This document shows positions 8,081 to 18,095 of a stretch of DNA of 61,596 nt, piece after piece. The stretch's first letter is position 1, and each line of letters begins with the position of its first letter. A program made the position numbers and the translations under genes. The notes under the pieces are model-generated. The model was not told where the DNA came from. It ran no database searches and was given only the letters and a program-made list of their open reading frames with translations. Source of the stretch: Nanobdellota archaeon (GTDB taxonomy: Archaea > Nanobdellota > Nanobdellia > Pacearchaeales > GW2011-AR1); assembly GCA_038045445.1 (NCBI GenBank), contig JBBSYC010000003.1, forward strand, positions 1 to 61,596, in the 5' to 3' direction.

Positions 8081-11000
8081 TTAACTTCTACCAAATAACT
8101 TATTCAATATTCTTGCAAACCATGTATCTAGTTTTGCATTTTCACCCGCAATTACAGCCCCACCCCCAGTGCTTCCACCACTAGAATCTCCTCCACTAGT
8201 AGAACCGCTTGTCGAACTACCAGAATCCCCACCACTAGTGGTCCCTCCACTATCTCCTCCAGTGGAACTTCCAGTGTATGAACCCCCTGAATCCCCTCCC
8301 GTATAAGTTCCCCCTGTGTAACTACTTCCTGAATCTCCCCCAGTGGAACTTCCTCCAGATACATAAGTTCCAGAGCTATCATAATACCCTCCGCTTCCTC
8401 CAGTATATCCAGAACCACTATAAGTTCCTACATAAGCTCCTGAAGAATCATATCCTCCATAAGACCCACCTACGTAATTGCCAGAAGAATCATACGCTCC
8501 ACCATAAGCACCTGTTCCAGAACTGGAATAACCCGGATAATAACTTCCAGGACCACCAGGATATCCCCCACTTACAGGTCCCGTATATTGTCCGGAATAA
8601 GGAGCAACTCCTCCTGGATAAGCGCCACCAGGCCAACCAGCGGCAGCGGCTGCAGGATTGTATCCCCCAGAATAAGAAGAAGCATAAGCAGCGGCAGCGG
8701 CTGCAGCACTAGCATAACCAGCAGCTTGAGCAGCAGAATCCATTTCAGCAGTATATCCACCCTGAGGAGCAACATACTGACCACTATATCCAGAACCCGC
8801 ACCCGTCGAGTAACCATACCCACCAGAAGGATAACCATAACCTCCGTAAGAAGAAGGAGTTTGTGTTGTGTCATATCTCTCAGTAGCTATCCACTGACCA
8901 TCAACTTTTTGATAAATTCTAGCATCGTTAACTCCTGTCTGAGTTTCTATTCCATTTTCAGTGCGCACATTTGCTTGATATCTTGAAGCATATTGACCAG
9001 CATAAGCTCCAGCGGGAGAATAATCAGAACTTCCGGCCAAAGAATCAGCTTCACTTGCAGTCGTAACAGCTCTCCAAGTTCCATCCTCTTGCCTAACATG
9101 TCCGAAACCACTACTATAAGTTTGTCCAGACCCACCAGAGTAATATCCATATCCACGACCATAATCTCCATATCCAGTATTACTTACACTAGCTTGAACA
9201 CCCCCAAAAGAAGTTCCGAATGTAGAATCATAACCCCTAGCATCTCTTACAGCATACATCTCAATTTGTGCACGAATAATCTCCGAGTTAGCTGAATCAG
9301 GAGCAACACCAGGAGGAAGCCAAAGAGCTGTTTGTTCCCCAGTATCAGGATTTGTATAAACATAATTATAATTCCTATCATTTCTAGAACCAAAGTCAGA
9401 GTAAGCACCATAACGACCAGCACCAGCAGAACTTGGCTGTTGAGCCCCATTAACAACTGGAGGAGGAACAGCTATGTCTTCAGAATTAGTCCAACCTCTA
9501 TCAGAAGTTACCCTATAAATTTGCCCATCATCTCCAGTAACCGTTCTACCAACCTCAGCAAATTGTTCATTTCGCATATAATTCTGATAACCATAATATG
9601 TTTGCCCCACAGATGAAGAAACATAATATCTACCGAATGGATCAGCAGTCCAAGTCACAGTCGTTCCATCAGACAAAGTTTGTTCTCTTGTTGGAGGATT
9701 TATAGGATCATATCCAGGAATTCCAGCCCTAGAAACAAATTCATAATCTCCCCTAGTCCCTAAAGCAGGGTTAAAAACAAACCGACCATCCGTTCTGAAA
9801 GTATAACGTGCAACTTCGCTTCCTTCAGAGTCGTATTCAGCACCATAAACTCTCGAACCACTAGAAGAGTCCCCAGTTCCTTCAATAGTACCTTCTATGG
9901 GGTTATAAATAACTCCACTTTCTGAAAACCAGTTTCCACCAGGAGTTTCTTCCCAATTTTCACCAGCTAATGTAGCTGTTTCTACAACATCTCCATTAGA
10001 ATCAAGATAAACTCCGTCTTCTTCATCATGAAGATAAACTTGATTAGGTGCAACTAAAAATTCAGTAACAACTTCTTCTTGTGTCTCTGAATCAACTGTT
10101 TCAGATGTCCAAACACCTTCAACCAAGTCATAAGTTAAAGTCTCACCATGTTCAGTAACAATTTGTCCATTAGCAATTACCTCATCTTCAAGACCAATTG
10201 GAGCGGATGGAACAGGAGGATTAATTACTGCAGAATCATCAAACTCAAAAGAGTTGTCTGTTGGATTAAAATCTACATTTACTCCACCCAATTCATACTC
10301 GTAAACTCTCTCTTCAGAATTATATACTGGATTCTCATGATGCATAATTCCAGGAGCATAAGTATAACCTGTAGCCAAATCCATATAATTTCCATACGCT
10401 GGATTTTCAGTAAAACGTGTTGCTTCACCATTGTAAATAAAATCATAATTATATAGTCCATAACGAGCTTCGCCACCGCCTACAAAAGTAGCTGTAGAAA
10501 CAGTTTCCCCATAAGAAACTTCTTTAGTTGTTCCATCAGGATTAGTTACAGTATAACCTGTAGGATAATAGTTATATTGATAATTTCCATCTTCAGTTTC
10601 AGAGGTATAACTATAAGTTTCAGAACCATGTTCCATGGGACGAGGATTATAATCGGCAGCATAATTAATTGGATACTCTGTTCTTGTTAATGGAGAGTTC
10701 CATAAATAACCACTACTACCATATTGATAAGTTGTTCCTCGAGTGTCACTATAAGACATGCCCTGTACAAAACCTCCACCATATTCAACATTCACAGAAC
10801 CGTCTCCATTAGCATCACTTAATTGAGTATATCCAATAGGATAATACGTGCCACCATCAGCATAAAAATATTCTTCTGCTTTAAGACCTTCTACTTTCGC
10901 AATTGCTTCCTCTTCACTCATTCCTTGATATTTATATTTTTCAACAGAAGCATCGTCAACTAGCTCAATAGAAGCTTCTAGCACAATCATGTCAGCTACT

Positions 11001-12331
11001 TTAGTATATTCTTTATCAAGATCTGTGCGATATTGTGGATACTGCTCTACAAGTCTATCACGAACACCTTCTGTTTCGTAAGCAACAGCTACTTCAGTAT
11101 TTTTTTGTTCAACTCCAGAATTTATTTGTTCAAAATTGTTATAACCACCTTCAACATCATCAAGAGCACTTTCGCCCTCTGCAAAATAATTTTCTAAAGT
11201 TCTAATCATATAATTTGCAGTCTGGTATGAATCAAATGCTTCAGAATAATCTTCGTCAACCAAACCATTACGAGCATCCTGCTGTTCCATTCTAGCATAC
11301 ATATACAAAGGAGCAATATCTGCAAAATCTCTTTCATCAGATTCGGTAATTTGTTGTTTTAATCTTTCCAAAGTAAATCTATTTCTAGCAATGTCCTCTG
11401 AAGTAACGGTATCTTGATAATTTAATTTGGCAAATCCAATAGCATCATTTTCAGCTCTCTGCCTATATTCAATGTCTAATAGGGTAATTTCTCCATTAGA
11501 TTCAGAAGCAATCTTTCTGGCAACTTCATCATTTCCGGAAGCAATTATGGTTGCAAGTTTTTCAGGTCCGGACATTGCAGAAATTATTCTATCCGCATCT
11601 TCTTGAGTAAGTTTTCCTATTTCAACAAGACTTAAAATTCTTCTTTTGGATTCCTCTGCCTCAGCTATAATCTGCTGATTTGCTCTTTCAATATCTGTGT
11701 ATCTGTAAATAACGCTTCCAGGATCAATATTAAAACCAGGATCAATAACATCTCTACGATAATCTTCATAAGTAATATCTACCCCATCATAATAATGATT
11801 CATAACCTCTCCTGCTCTCTGCATTTCAGAACCAAATTCTTCTGCAATAGACTTGACCAATGTGTAATCCCCCACCTCAAGAGCGGTCTCTAATTCAGTC
11901 AATTTTTCAGCTCCAATTTCTGCAGAAAGTCTTGATTTAGCCTCATCATTCGAAAGGAAATAACGCATTCCTCTGAACATCCCCTCCACAAACCCTGGAT
12001 GCTCAACTTCCCCCATAAATTCGGGAAGTCTGCATTCTTCATTAACAAAATCATAATATTGTCCCTCATCGCAGGAATAACCAGTAATTTCACGTAGAAC
12101 ACAACCCCTTTCTTCCTCACAAACATATCCATCTTGACATAAAGCTAAAGCACAATCAATTCCTGCAACACTGCTACCAGTTTCATCTGGCAAATCAGGT
12201 GTATCAACGGGAGCGCTTCCCTTAACAGAAGCGTCCTGGGAATAAACTCCAACAGAAAAAACGCTAAAGAAGATTAATGATATTAAAAAGAAAGAAGAAA
12301 CCTTGGAAAAAACTAGTTTATTCATCACCAA
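8081..12331 (-). CDS. giant secreted protein (1416 aa) with Cys-rich N-terminal module and Gly/Ser/Tyr/Ala low-complexity C-terminal third
   Basis: N-terminal signal-like hydrophobic segment, then a Cys-rich stretch (CALALCQDGYVCEEERGCV...CDEGQYYDFVNEEC). A long Glu/Asp-rich helical-looking region follows. The final ~260 aa are almost only G/S/Y/A/T/D, ending in an amphipathic tail (AKLDTWFARILNKLFGRS). Confidence 0.8.
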   Translation of the reverse strand: MVMNKLVFSKVSSFFLISLIFFSVFSVGVYSQDASVKGSAPVDTPDLPDETGSSVAGIDCALALCQDGYVCEEERGCVLREITGYSCDEGQYYDFVNEECRLPEFMGEVEHPGFVEGMFRGMRYFLSNDEAKSRLSAEIGAEKLTELETALEVGDYTLVKSIAEEFGSEMQRAGEVMNHYYDGVDITYEDYRRDVIDPGFNIDPGSVIYRYTDIERANQQIIAEAEESKRRILSLVEIGKLTQEDADRIISAMSGPEKLATIIASGNDEVARKIASESNGEITLLDIEYRQRAENDAIGFAKLNYQDTVTSEDIARNRFTLERLKQQITESDERDFADIAPLYMYARMEQQDARNGLVDEDYSEAFDSYQTANYMIRTLENYFAEGESALDDVEGGYNNFEQINSGVEQKNTEVAVAYETEGVRDRLVEQYPQYRTDLDKEYTKVADMIVLEASIELVDDASVEKYKYQGMSEEEAIAKVEGLKAEEYFYADGGTYYPIGYTQLSDANGDGSVNVEYGGGFVQGMSYSDTRGTTYQYGSSGYLWNSPLTRTEYPINYAADYNPRPMEHGSETYSYTSETEDGNYQYNYYPTGYTVTNPDGTTKEVSYGETVSTATFVGGGEARYGLYNYDFIYNGEATRFTENPAYGNYMDLATGYTYAPGIMHHENPVYNSEERVYEYELGGVNVDFNPTDNSFEFDDSAVINPPVPSAPIGLEDEVIANGQIVTEHGETLTYDLVEGVWTSETVDSETQEEVVTEFLVAPNQVYLHDEEDGVYLDSNGDVVETATLAGENWEETPGGNWFSESGVIYNPIEGTIEGTGDSSSGSRVYGAEYDSEGSEVARYTFRTDGRFVFNPALGTRGDYEFVSRAGIPGYDPINPPTREQTLSDGTTVTWTADPFGRYYVSSSVGQTYYGYQNYMRNEQFAEVGRTVTGDDGQIYRVTSDRGWTNSEDIAVPPPVVNGAQQPSSAGAGRYGAYSDFGSRNDRNYNYVYTNPDTGEQTALWLPPGVAPDSANSEIIRAQIEMYAVRDARGYDSTFGTSFGGVQASVSNTGYGDYGRGYGYYSGGSGQTYSSGFGHVRQEDGTWRAVTTASEADSLAGSSDYSPAGAYAGQYASRYQANVRTENGIETQTGVNDARIYQKVDGQWIATERYDTTQTPSSYGGYGYPSGGYGYSTGAGSGYSGQYVAPQGGYTAEMDSAAQAAGYASAAAAAAAYASSYSGGYNPAAAAAGWPGGAYPGGVAPYSGQYTGPVSGGYPGGPGSYYPGYSSSGTGAYGGAYDSSGNYVGGSYGGYDSSGAYVGTYSGSGYTGGSGGYYDSSGTYVSGGSSTGGDSGSSYTGGTYTGGDSGGSYTGSSTGGDSGGTTSGGDSGSSTSGSTSGGDSSGGSTGGGAVIAGENAKLDTWFARILNKLFGRS

Positions 12332-12455
12332 ATCAAAAACAACAAAACAAAAAGGATATTTAAATCTTACTGCAATAAATGAATCTAAGTTACATAAACT
12401 ATTATTTTTTGATTTTATCTTTTAAAAAACAAACAAAAATATTCTAATTAAAGAA

Positions 12456-13376
12456 TTAATCTATAACTCCCAAAAGCAACATTTCTAATATTGCCATCCG
12501 AATATAAAGTCCGTTTTCAGCTTGGCGAAAATATGCAACACGAGAGTCATTCATTTCAACATCAACGGGAAGACTTATCTCTTCAACATGAGGCAATGGA
12601 TGAAGCACCCTACTAGATGGTTTCAACAAATTAAGATTTTTTTCATCGAGAACATATTTTCCCTTAGCATCAAAATATTCTATAGAGGGCATCCTCTCTT
12701 TCTGGATTCTAGTCATATAAACTACATCCACAATTGGTAGAATTTTATCTAAGTCCGTTTCCTCACACCACTTAATACTATGCTTGTCAAGATACTCCTT
12801 TATATCTTCTCCAATTTTAAGATGTGGTGGGGAAACAAAAAACAATTGTATATTTTCATACTTACCAAGAAGATAAGAAAGAGAACGGACTGTTCTTCCA
12901 TGAGCTAAGTCTCCAACAAAAGCTATTTTCAGGCCATCTATTTTTCCAAATTCCCTGAACAAAGTGTAAACATCAAGCAAAGCTTGTGAAGGATGCTGTC
13001 CCTTACCATCTCCAGCATTAATTATGGGAACATTACTTATTTGTGAAGCTCTTTTAGAAGTGCCCTCTTCATAATGTCTCAAAACAATGCAGTCTACATA
13101 ACTTCCTACTATCCTTATAGTATCCTCTAAAGATTCTCCTTTTACTGCAGAAGAAAATTCCTTCGCATTTTCAGTAGTAATCACCTGTCCTCCAAGTTTA
13201 AGCATTGCAGCCTCAAAACTAAGCCTTGTTCTTGTAGATGGTTCATAAAACAGCGTCGCCAAAACCTTTCCAGCAAACAAAGGTCTCTTCTCAAACCTTA
13301 ACTCATCAGCACGAGCAAAAAGTTTCAATAGTAATTCCTTTGTAAACTGTTGGGACTCTACAATATGAAGTACCAT
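12456..13376 (-). CDS. pyrB: aspartate carbamoyltransferase catalytic subunit
   Basis: 306 aa with ATCase motifs (STRTRLSFE, HPSQALLD, LHPLPHV). No pyrI or other pyr genes are adjacent. Confidence 0.9.
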   Translation of the reverse strand: MVLHIVESQQFTKELLLKLFARADELRFEKRPLFAGKVLATLFYEPSTRTRLSFEAAMLKLGGQVITTENAKEFSSAVKGESLEDTIRIVGSYVDCIVLRHYEEGTSKRASQISNVPIINAGDGKGQHPSQALLDVYTLFREFGKIDGLKIAFVGDLAHGRTVRSLSYLLGKYENIQLFFVSPPHLKIGEDIKEYLDKHSIKWCEETDLDKILPIVDVVYMTRIQKERMPSIEYFDAKGKYVLDEKNLNLLKPSSRVLHPLPHVEEISLPVDVEMNDSRVAYFRQAENGLYIRMAILEMLLLGVID

Positions 13377-13464
13377 TTAAACAAAAAAGATAGGGGCTAT
13401 AAAAATATACTTGCAAAGCCAAAGATAAAGCAAGGTTTAAATATATTCAAAACATAATAAGAGA

Positions 13465-13752
13465 ATGAAAAGAAAGGTGATGCATAAATCTCACAATAAA
13501 GTTAACTCCGAATCTAAAACTGACCTAAAACCCTACGCCTTAGGACATGCTCTCGGTATGATGAGCATGATAGTTTTAGTTTTTTACGGAATATTTGTAT
13601 GGTTTAGCGATTATGAATCTGCGTTTCTTATAGCAAAGTACCCAATTTCATTCTCATTTTATGATTGGACAATGCTCTTTGGATTGGTTCAAAGTTATGT
13701 TATGTTCTACATCTTAGGCTGGGGATTCGCTAGACTTTACAACAGTGTTTAG
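13465..13752 (+). CDS. small membrane protein
   Basis: 95 aa with two to three hydrophobic helices. No family recognised. Confidence 0.45.
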   Translation: MKRKVMHKSHNKVNSESKTDLKPYALGHALGMMSMIVLVFYGIFVWFSDYESAFLIAKYPISFSFYDWTMLFGLVQSYVMFYILGWGFARLYNSV

Positions 13753-14609
13753 GAAAGCAGTTTTTTAACACAATCTTTAGAGCAACAAGAATGATTTTCT
13801 TTCCTACATTCAGGGCACATAAAAGCGAGTTTATTGCAGGACTTATTTTTACAATTCCTATATTGATCGCACTTTTCATTACAGTGTATACAAAAACTTA
13901 ATGGGTTTTCCATCTGACCAACATTTGAAACAAGCCTATTATCAAACACGAAACAGCTACCTTCCCAAAGAGTATTCGGAAGTTTCTGACAGAAATTTAT
14001 AATCCCTCCATGAAGCTGACTTACATTAGTAAAGCCTTTCTGAATCATATATGCAGAAGCCTTTTCGCATCTTATTCCTCCAGTACAATACATTAATATC
14101 GGCGTATCTTTAGAAACACTCATTTTATCTACAAAGTTTGGGAATTCTCTAAAAGAGTTTATATCTGGAACAACTGCTCCCTTAAATTTACCTGCACGAC
14201 TTTCATAATCGTTTCGAGTGTCTAAAATTAAAACATCTTGGTTAGAAGAGATACTCAAAAACTCTTGAGGAGAAATATGTTTACCAACTCTGTTTAAATC
14301 AAGTTCGCAGTCAATTCTTATTATCTCTTTTTTAACTTTTACAACCATTTTCTCAAAAGGGTGGTACAGACCTTCTTCTTCCTTAAATTCAATTCCTCTA
14401 AAAATTTCTTGATTAGAAATCCAATCCTTGTAAGCCTCAACTTGGTCCGTAGTTCCAGAAACTGACCCATTTATTCCCTCATTAGCGAGCAAAACTCTAC
14501 CTTTAACACCAAGATTATTACAAAAATCAAGATGCTCTTTTTTTAATTTTTCCGTATTCTCTAAATTAACAAACTTGTAAAATAAAATTATTTTTATCAT
14601 GAAACTCAA
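13749..14609 (-). CDS. trhO: rhodanese-domain protein, UPF0176/TrhO family (tRNA U34 hydroxylase-like)
   Basis: N-terminal FYKF...GRVLLANEGINGSVSG, rhodanese active-site loop YCTGGIRCEKAS, and the Cys-rich C-terminal tail typical of this family. Confidence 0.8.
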   Translation of the reverse strand: MSFMIKIILFYKFVNLENTEKLKKEHLDFCNNLGVKGRVLLANEGINGSVSGTTDQVEAYKDWISNQEIFRGIEFKEEEGLYHPFEKMVVKVKKEIIRIDCELDLNRVGKHISPQEFLSISSNQDVLILDTRNDYESRAGKFKGAVVPDINSFREFPNFVDKMSVSKDTPILMYCTGGIRCEKASAYMIQKGFTNVSQLHGGIINFCQKLPNTLWEGSCFVFDNRLVSNVGQMENPLSFCIHCNEKCDQYRNCKNKSCNKLAFMCPECRKENHSCCSKDCVKKLLS

Positions 14610-14677
14610 GATAAAATAGAGTATTTATCCCTTTTTGTTTGCGATGATTTTAAATATCTCTCTGTTTAAACAGTAAA

Positions 14678-15298
14678 GTGGTGATACCTAATTTCATAAA
14701 CTTTTTAGGAGAAATATCTATAAATTATCCAAAAATATATCCAGTTGCCGTTTATATGGCATTAATCTTCATATATTCCTTATTCATATGGAATGTCTAC
14801 AAAACAATATCTAAAAAAGACCTTATTTCAATAAATCTTGCCCAATATAACTCTTTTGAACATCCAGTACTTAACAAAATCTTTGCAGGAATCCTTTATT
14901 TTATAGAATACATAATAATTCTACCTTTCCTAATTCTTTTCTGGTACATTGTATTTGCACTAATGCTTCTATTCTTTTCTGAAAACTTGTCTCCTGAAAA
15001 TATCCTCCTTCTTTCTGCGGCGGTAGTAGGTTCTATCAGACTGTTAGCATACTATAAACATGAAATAGCGATGGATATCGCAAAACTCCTACCACTAACA
15101 ATTTTAGGAATAGCTCTTCTAAATCCAAAATTTCTCGAAATAAGCAAATTTATAGAATCTTTTAGACAAATTCCGGAGTTAATATTATCATTTGGATATG
15201 CTCTAATCTTCATAATTTCTCTAGAGATTGTCTTAAGATTTCTAGATTTATTTAAGAGAATAATCTTAAATTATAGTGAAGAAAAAGAAGAAGACTAG
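14678..15298 (+). CDS. polytopic membrane protein, unknown function
   Basis: 206 aa with a GTG start and about 5-6 hydrophobic helices. Confidence 0.55.
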   Translation: MVIPNFINFLGEISINYPKIYPVAVYMALIFIYSLFIWNVYKTISKKDLISINLAQYNSFEHPVLNKIFAGILYFIEYIIILPFLILFWYIVFALMLLFFSENLSPENILLLSAAVVGSIRLLAYYKHEIAMDIAKLLPLTILGIALLNPKFLEISKFIESFRQIPELILSFGYALIFIISLEIVLRFLDLFKRIILNYSEEKEED

Positions 15299-16971
15299 AT
15301 AGAATTATCCTTGAGTCTTTCCAAGATTTGTTTAATATGTAATTTGCCTTCTTCTCTTAATGACTTTTTGTTAAAATCATCTCTGACAAGCATACTAGCC
15401 ATATAATCTCCTCCTAAGTAATGTGGCGTTATAACATAGTCAGCACCGTTCTTATACAACTCAATTGCATTGTGTATCTGATTAGACGTTGCTATAAACA
15501 CGCAATCTTTGTTTTCTATGGTTTTGATAACATTAAGGTTTGAGGAGTAATCGGGTATTGTAGAAATCACCATTTTCACAGAATTTATCTTTATATTTTT
15601 CAAAAATTCCCTATCATTGACATCTCCATATACACAATTTATTCCTTTCTTGGAAAGATTCATTATAGTAAGAGGATTATAATCTACCACCAGATACTTC
15701 TTCTTTGTAAGATTGAATGCCTTGACTAGATTAAATCCAAGACGACTATAACCTAAAAGAATTATATCATATTTATCAACCTTGACAAGATTACCTAAGT
15801 TCCTTTTATTACCATCAAAAAGTCCCAAGAATCTAGAAAGGTACTCATATAAAGGATTGGAAAAATATATTGCATAACTACTTAACGAAACAGTAATCAA
15901 AGTCACCAAAATAGTAAGTGAAAATATAGACTGAGAGATATGTCCCAAATTATAACCCATAAGAATAACTATCAATGAGAATTCACTAACCTGTGTCAAA
16001 CTTGTGCCAACCATAAAATTAGTTCTCTTCTTAAACCCAAACGATCTTGTAAGGCTCATCACTATCAACGGTTTGCCAACTAAGATAAATAATGAGAAAA
16101 TTATAGCTTGTTTAAACAATTCAGATGATATAGGAGCACTTAGTTGAGCCCCAAAATATACAAAAAACAATATAACAAAAAAGTCTCTTATTCCTTTAAC
16201 CTTAGATTTTATTTCCAAATTATATCTTGAAGAAGCAATAACCATTCCCGCAATAAGAGCCCCAATCTCTGAAGAAAGACCAGTCAATTCAAATAAAGCA
16301 GATACCACTAAAGCCCATCCAATGCTTACAAGAAAAAGAACTTCCTGGCTTCTGGCAGCAAAACCAAGCATCTTAGAAAAGACAATCCTTCCTACAAAAA
16401 CAGTAAAAAATATGGCTAAAATAAATTTAGATATTTGAGATAACACTCCAAATGCACCCTCATTAGAAATGACAGGAATTATCATCAAGGCCAGAGCAGC
16501 AATAAAACTTTCTACAATTAAAATGCCCAAAGCTATCTGGCCATGCAAAGTCTCTATTTCTTTTTTATCAGATAAAATCTTCACAACAACCACTGCACTT
16601 GAAAAAGAGAATGCAAGAGCAATATAAAGCGAAGGAACGACTTCAAAACCTAACCAACTAGAAATAAGAAAACTAGCAGAACAAACAATAGCCACAGTTG
16701 ATATCCCTCCAACTATCGAAGCACCACCTATGCTCTTTATCATCCTAAAGTCGAGACTTGTCCCTATAATAAAAAGCAAAAGCGCTATACCCACACCAGC
16801 AAGAGATTGAAGATAAATAGAAGGGTCTATCAAATTAAGAAAAATTGGGCTGACAACAACTCCTGTCAAAAGATAAGCAATTATAAGCGGTTGTCTTATG
16901 GACCTTCCTATAAATGCTATAACTGCCGCTATTCCTACAATTATCCCTATTTGTGAAAGTAAACTCTCCAT
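15295..16971 (-). CDS. CPA2-type cation:proton antiporter with C-terminal TrkA-N/RCK domain (Kef-like)
   Basis: 558 aa. The ~380-aa N-terminal part is a polytopic Na/H-exchanger-like region. It is followed by a Rossmann-like IILLGYSRLG segment. Confidence 0.85.
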   Translation of the reverse strand: MESLLSQIGIIVGIAAVIAFIGRSIRQPLIIAYLLTGVVVSPIFLNLIDPSIYLQSLAGVGIALLLFIIGTSLDFRMIKSIGGASIVGGISTVAIVCSASFLISSWLGFEVVPSLYIALAFSFSSAVVVVKILSDKKEIETLHGQIALGILIVESFIAALALMIIPVISNEGAFGVLSQISKFILAIFFTVFVGRIVFSKMLGFAARSQEVLFLVSIGWALVVSALFELTGLSSEIGALIAGMVIASSRYNLEIKSKVKGIRDFFVILFFVYFGAQLSAPISSELFKQAIIFSLFILVGKPLIVMSLTRSFGFKKRTNFMVGTSLTQVSEFSLIVILMGYNLGHISQSIFSLTILVTLITVSLSSYAIYFSNPLYEYLSRFLGLFDGNKRNLGNLVKVDKYDIILLGYSRLGFNLVKAFNLTKKKYLVVDYNPLTIMNLSKKGINCVYGDVNDREFLKNIKINSVKMVISTIPDYSSNLNVIKTIENKDCVFIATSNQIHNAIELYKNGADYVITPHYLGGDYMASMLVRDDFNKKSLREEGKLHIKQILERLKDNSI

Positions 16972-17153
16972 CTCTTTATAGAGTTAGAACTAAAACAATT
17001 TTAAATGTATTGGCTTGGAAAAGAATTAAAAACCCTCATAAAAACCCAATTATGGATAACTGCGTTGGATATGTCACACTTTAGCGCAGTTATACAGATA
17101 GAAAACTGAAAAAATAAATAGGATATAAGCTATGCAGTTCTCTATAAGTCATA

Positions 17154-17209
17154 TTCATCTCCCTAAGACTGAGATGAAAGGGCCTGGTTTTCGCGGCGAA
17201 GACCAGGTC
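17154..17209. other. locally GC-rich double-hairpin element in a 380-nt divergent intergenic region
   Basis: Hairpin 1 is TCATCTC-9 nt-GAGATGA (17154-17176). Hairpin 2 is GGGCCTGGT..TCGC-G-GCGA..ACCAGGTCC (17179-17209), with one G-U pair. GC richness stands out against the AT-rich flanks. Confidence 0.35.
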
Positions 17210-17251
17210 CACTTTCAAAAACTTTAAATATAATTGCAAACAATAAAACGC

Positions 17252-17347
17252 ATGAAAAAAAATAAAGTGGTAAAAAAAAGCAAAAAGCAAGAAGAAAACA
17301 AAAAAGAAGAAAACAAAGAATCTAAGAGTGCCTGTGAGTTTTGTTGA
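17252..17347 (+). CDS. possible 31-aa Lys/Glu-rich micro-ORF ending in CxxC (MKKNKVVKKSKKQEENKKEENKESKSACEFC)
   Basis: The ATG sits ~21 nt downstream of a TATA-like TTTAAATATA. The stop lies 4 nt before the ATG of the next gene (17352). It is too short for the ORF track, so support is purely positional. Confidence 0.25.
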   Translation: MKKNKVVKKSKKQEENKKEENKESKSACEFC

Positions 17348-17351
17348 TTAA

Positions 17352-18095
17352 ATGGAACTTCTGTCTTCAATGCTTATCATAAAGATAGCATTTGCCTGGA
17401 CTTTTTTATTTACCATATTTCTGTTATTATTTAGACAAAGATTCATTGATTTAGGAAACAATAAAAATAAAATACTAAACAATAAAACAAAAATGTATAT
17501 ATTTATTATTTTCACTATTCCCATAATAATCTCTACTTTATATCTATCTATTACAACAGTAAGTGAAAATATAGTTTCTGTAACAAAGGGACCTGTTCAT
17601 TGGCATGCGGACTATGAAGTCTGGGCATGTGGAGAGAAGCTCGATTTAATAGACCCAAAGTTTCCAAGAAATAAAATAGGCACACCACTCCTTCATGAAC
17701 ACAACGATGATAGAATCCATGTTGAGGGAACAGTAAAGAATCTTGAATCTGTATCCTTATCAGAATATTTTAAAGTTATAGGAGGACTTTTATCAGAAGA
17801 TAATCTAACATATCAAACAAATGAAAAAATAGTTTCATACCAAAACAGTCAAAAATGCTCGGATAATAGCAATGGTAAAATCAAGGTATATGTAAACGGA
17901 AATAAAATAGATGATTATGAAAATTACTTAATCTACCCCGATTCATACGCACCTCCTGGAGATTGCATAATAATAGAGTTCTCATCAAAAGAATCTGAAG
18001 AAACGGATAGGCTATGTTCCAGCTGGAAATCAAAAGGCTGGATATATAAAGAGTTTAAGAGAAAAGAGAAAACAATTGGTGAAAAGATGTGGTAG
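17352..18095 (+). CDS. membrane-anchored extracytoplasmic protein with conserved His/Cys motifs
   Basis: 247 aa with N-terminal hydrophobic helices, then HWHADYEVWACGEKL...LLHEHNDDRIHVEG. It overlaps the downstream CcdA/DsbD-like gene by 7 nt. Confidence 0.55.
   Translation: MELLSSMLIIKIAFAWTFLFTIFLLLFRQRFIDLGNNKNKILNNKTKMYIFIIFTIPIIISTLYLSITTVSENIVSVTKGPVHWHADYEVWACGEKLDLIDPKFPRNKIGTPLLHEHNDDRIHVEGTVKNLESVSLSEYFKVIGGLLSEDNLTYQTNEKIVSYQNSQKCSDNSNGKIKVYVNGNKIDDYENYLIYPDSYAPPGDCIIIEFSSKESEETDRLCSSWKSKGWIYKEFKRKEKTIGEKMW

Noticed and set aside
8150-8950. Repetitive DNA that might be taken for a CRISPR array or satellite.
   Set aside because: The repeats are degenerate, in frame and encode the Gly/Ser/Tyr tract. 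There is no repeat-spacer periodicity and there are no cas genes.
8152-12132. Alternative-frame and antisense ORFs across the 1416-aa gene (8152-8418, 8278-8712, 8588-8986 and others).
   Set aside because: They are artefacts of repetitive low-complexity DNA with few stops in several frames. The long frame has a signal peptide and coherent domain structure.
17090-17290. 66-aa minus-strand ORF in the 380-nt intergenic region.
   Set aside because: The translation is Phe/Leu-rich nonsense-like. It overlaps the hairpin elements and the plus-strand TATA and micro-ORF, and it has no start context.
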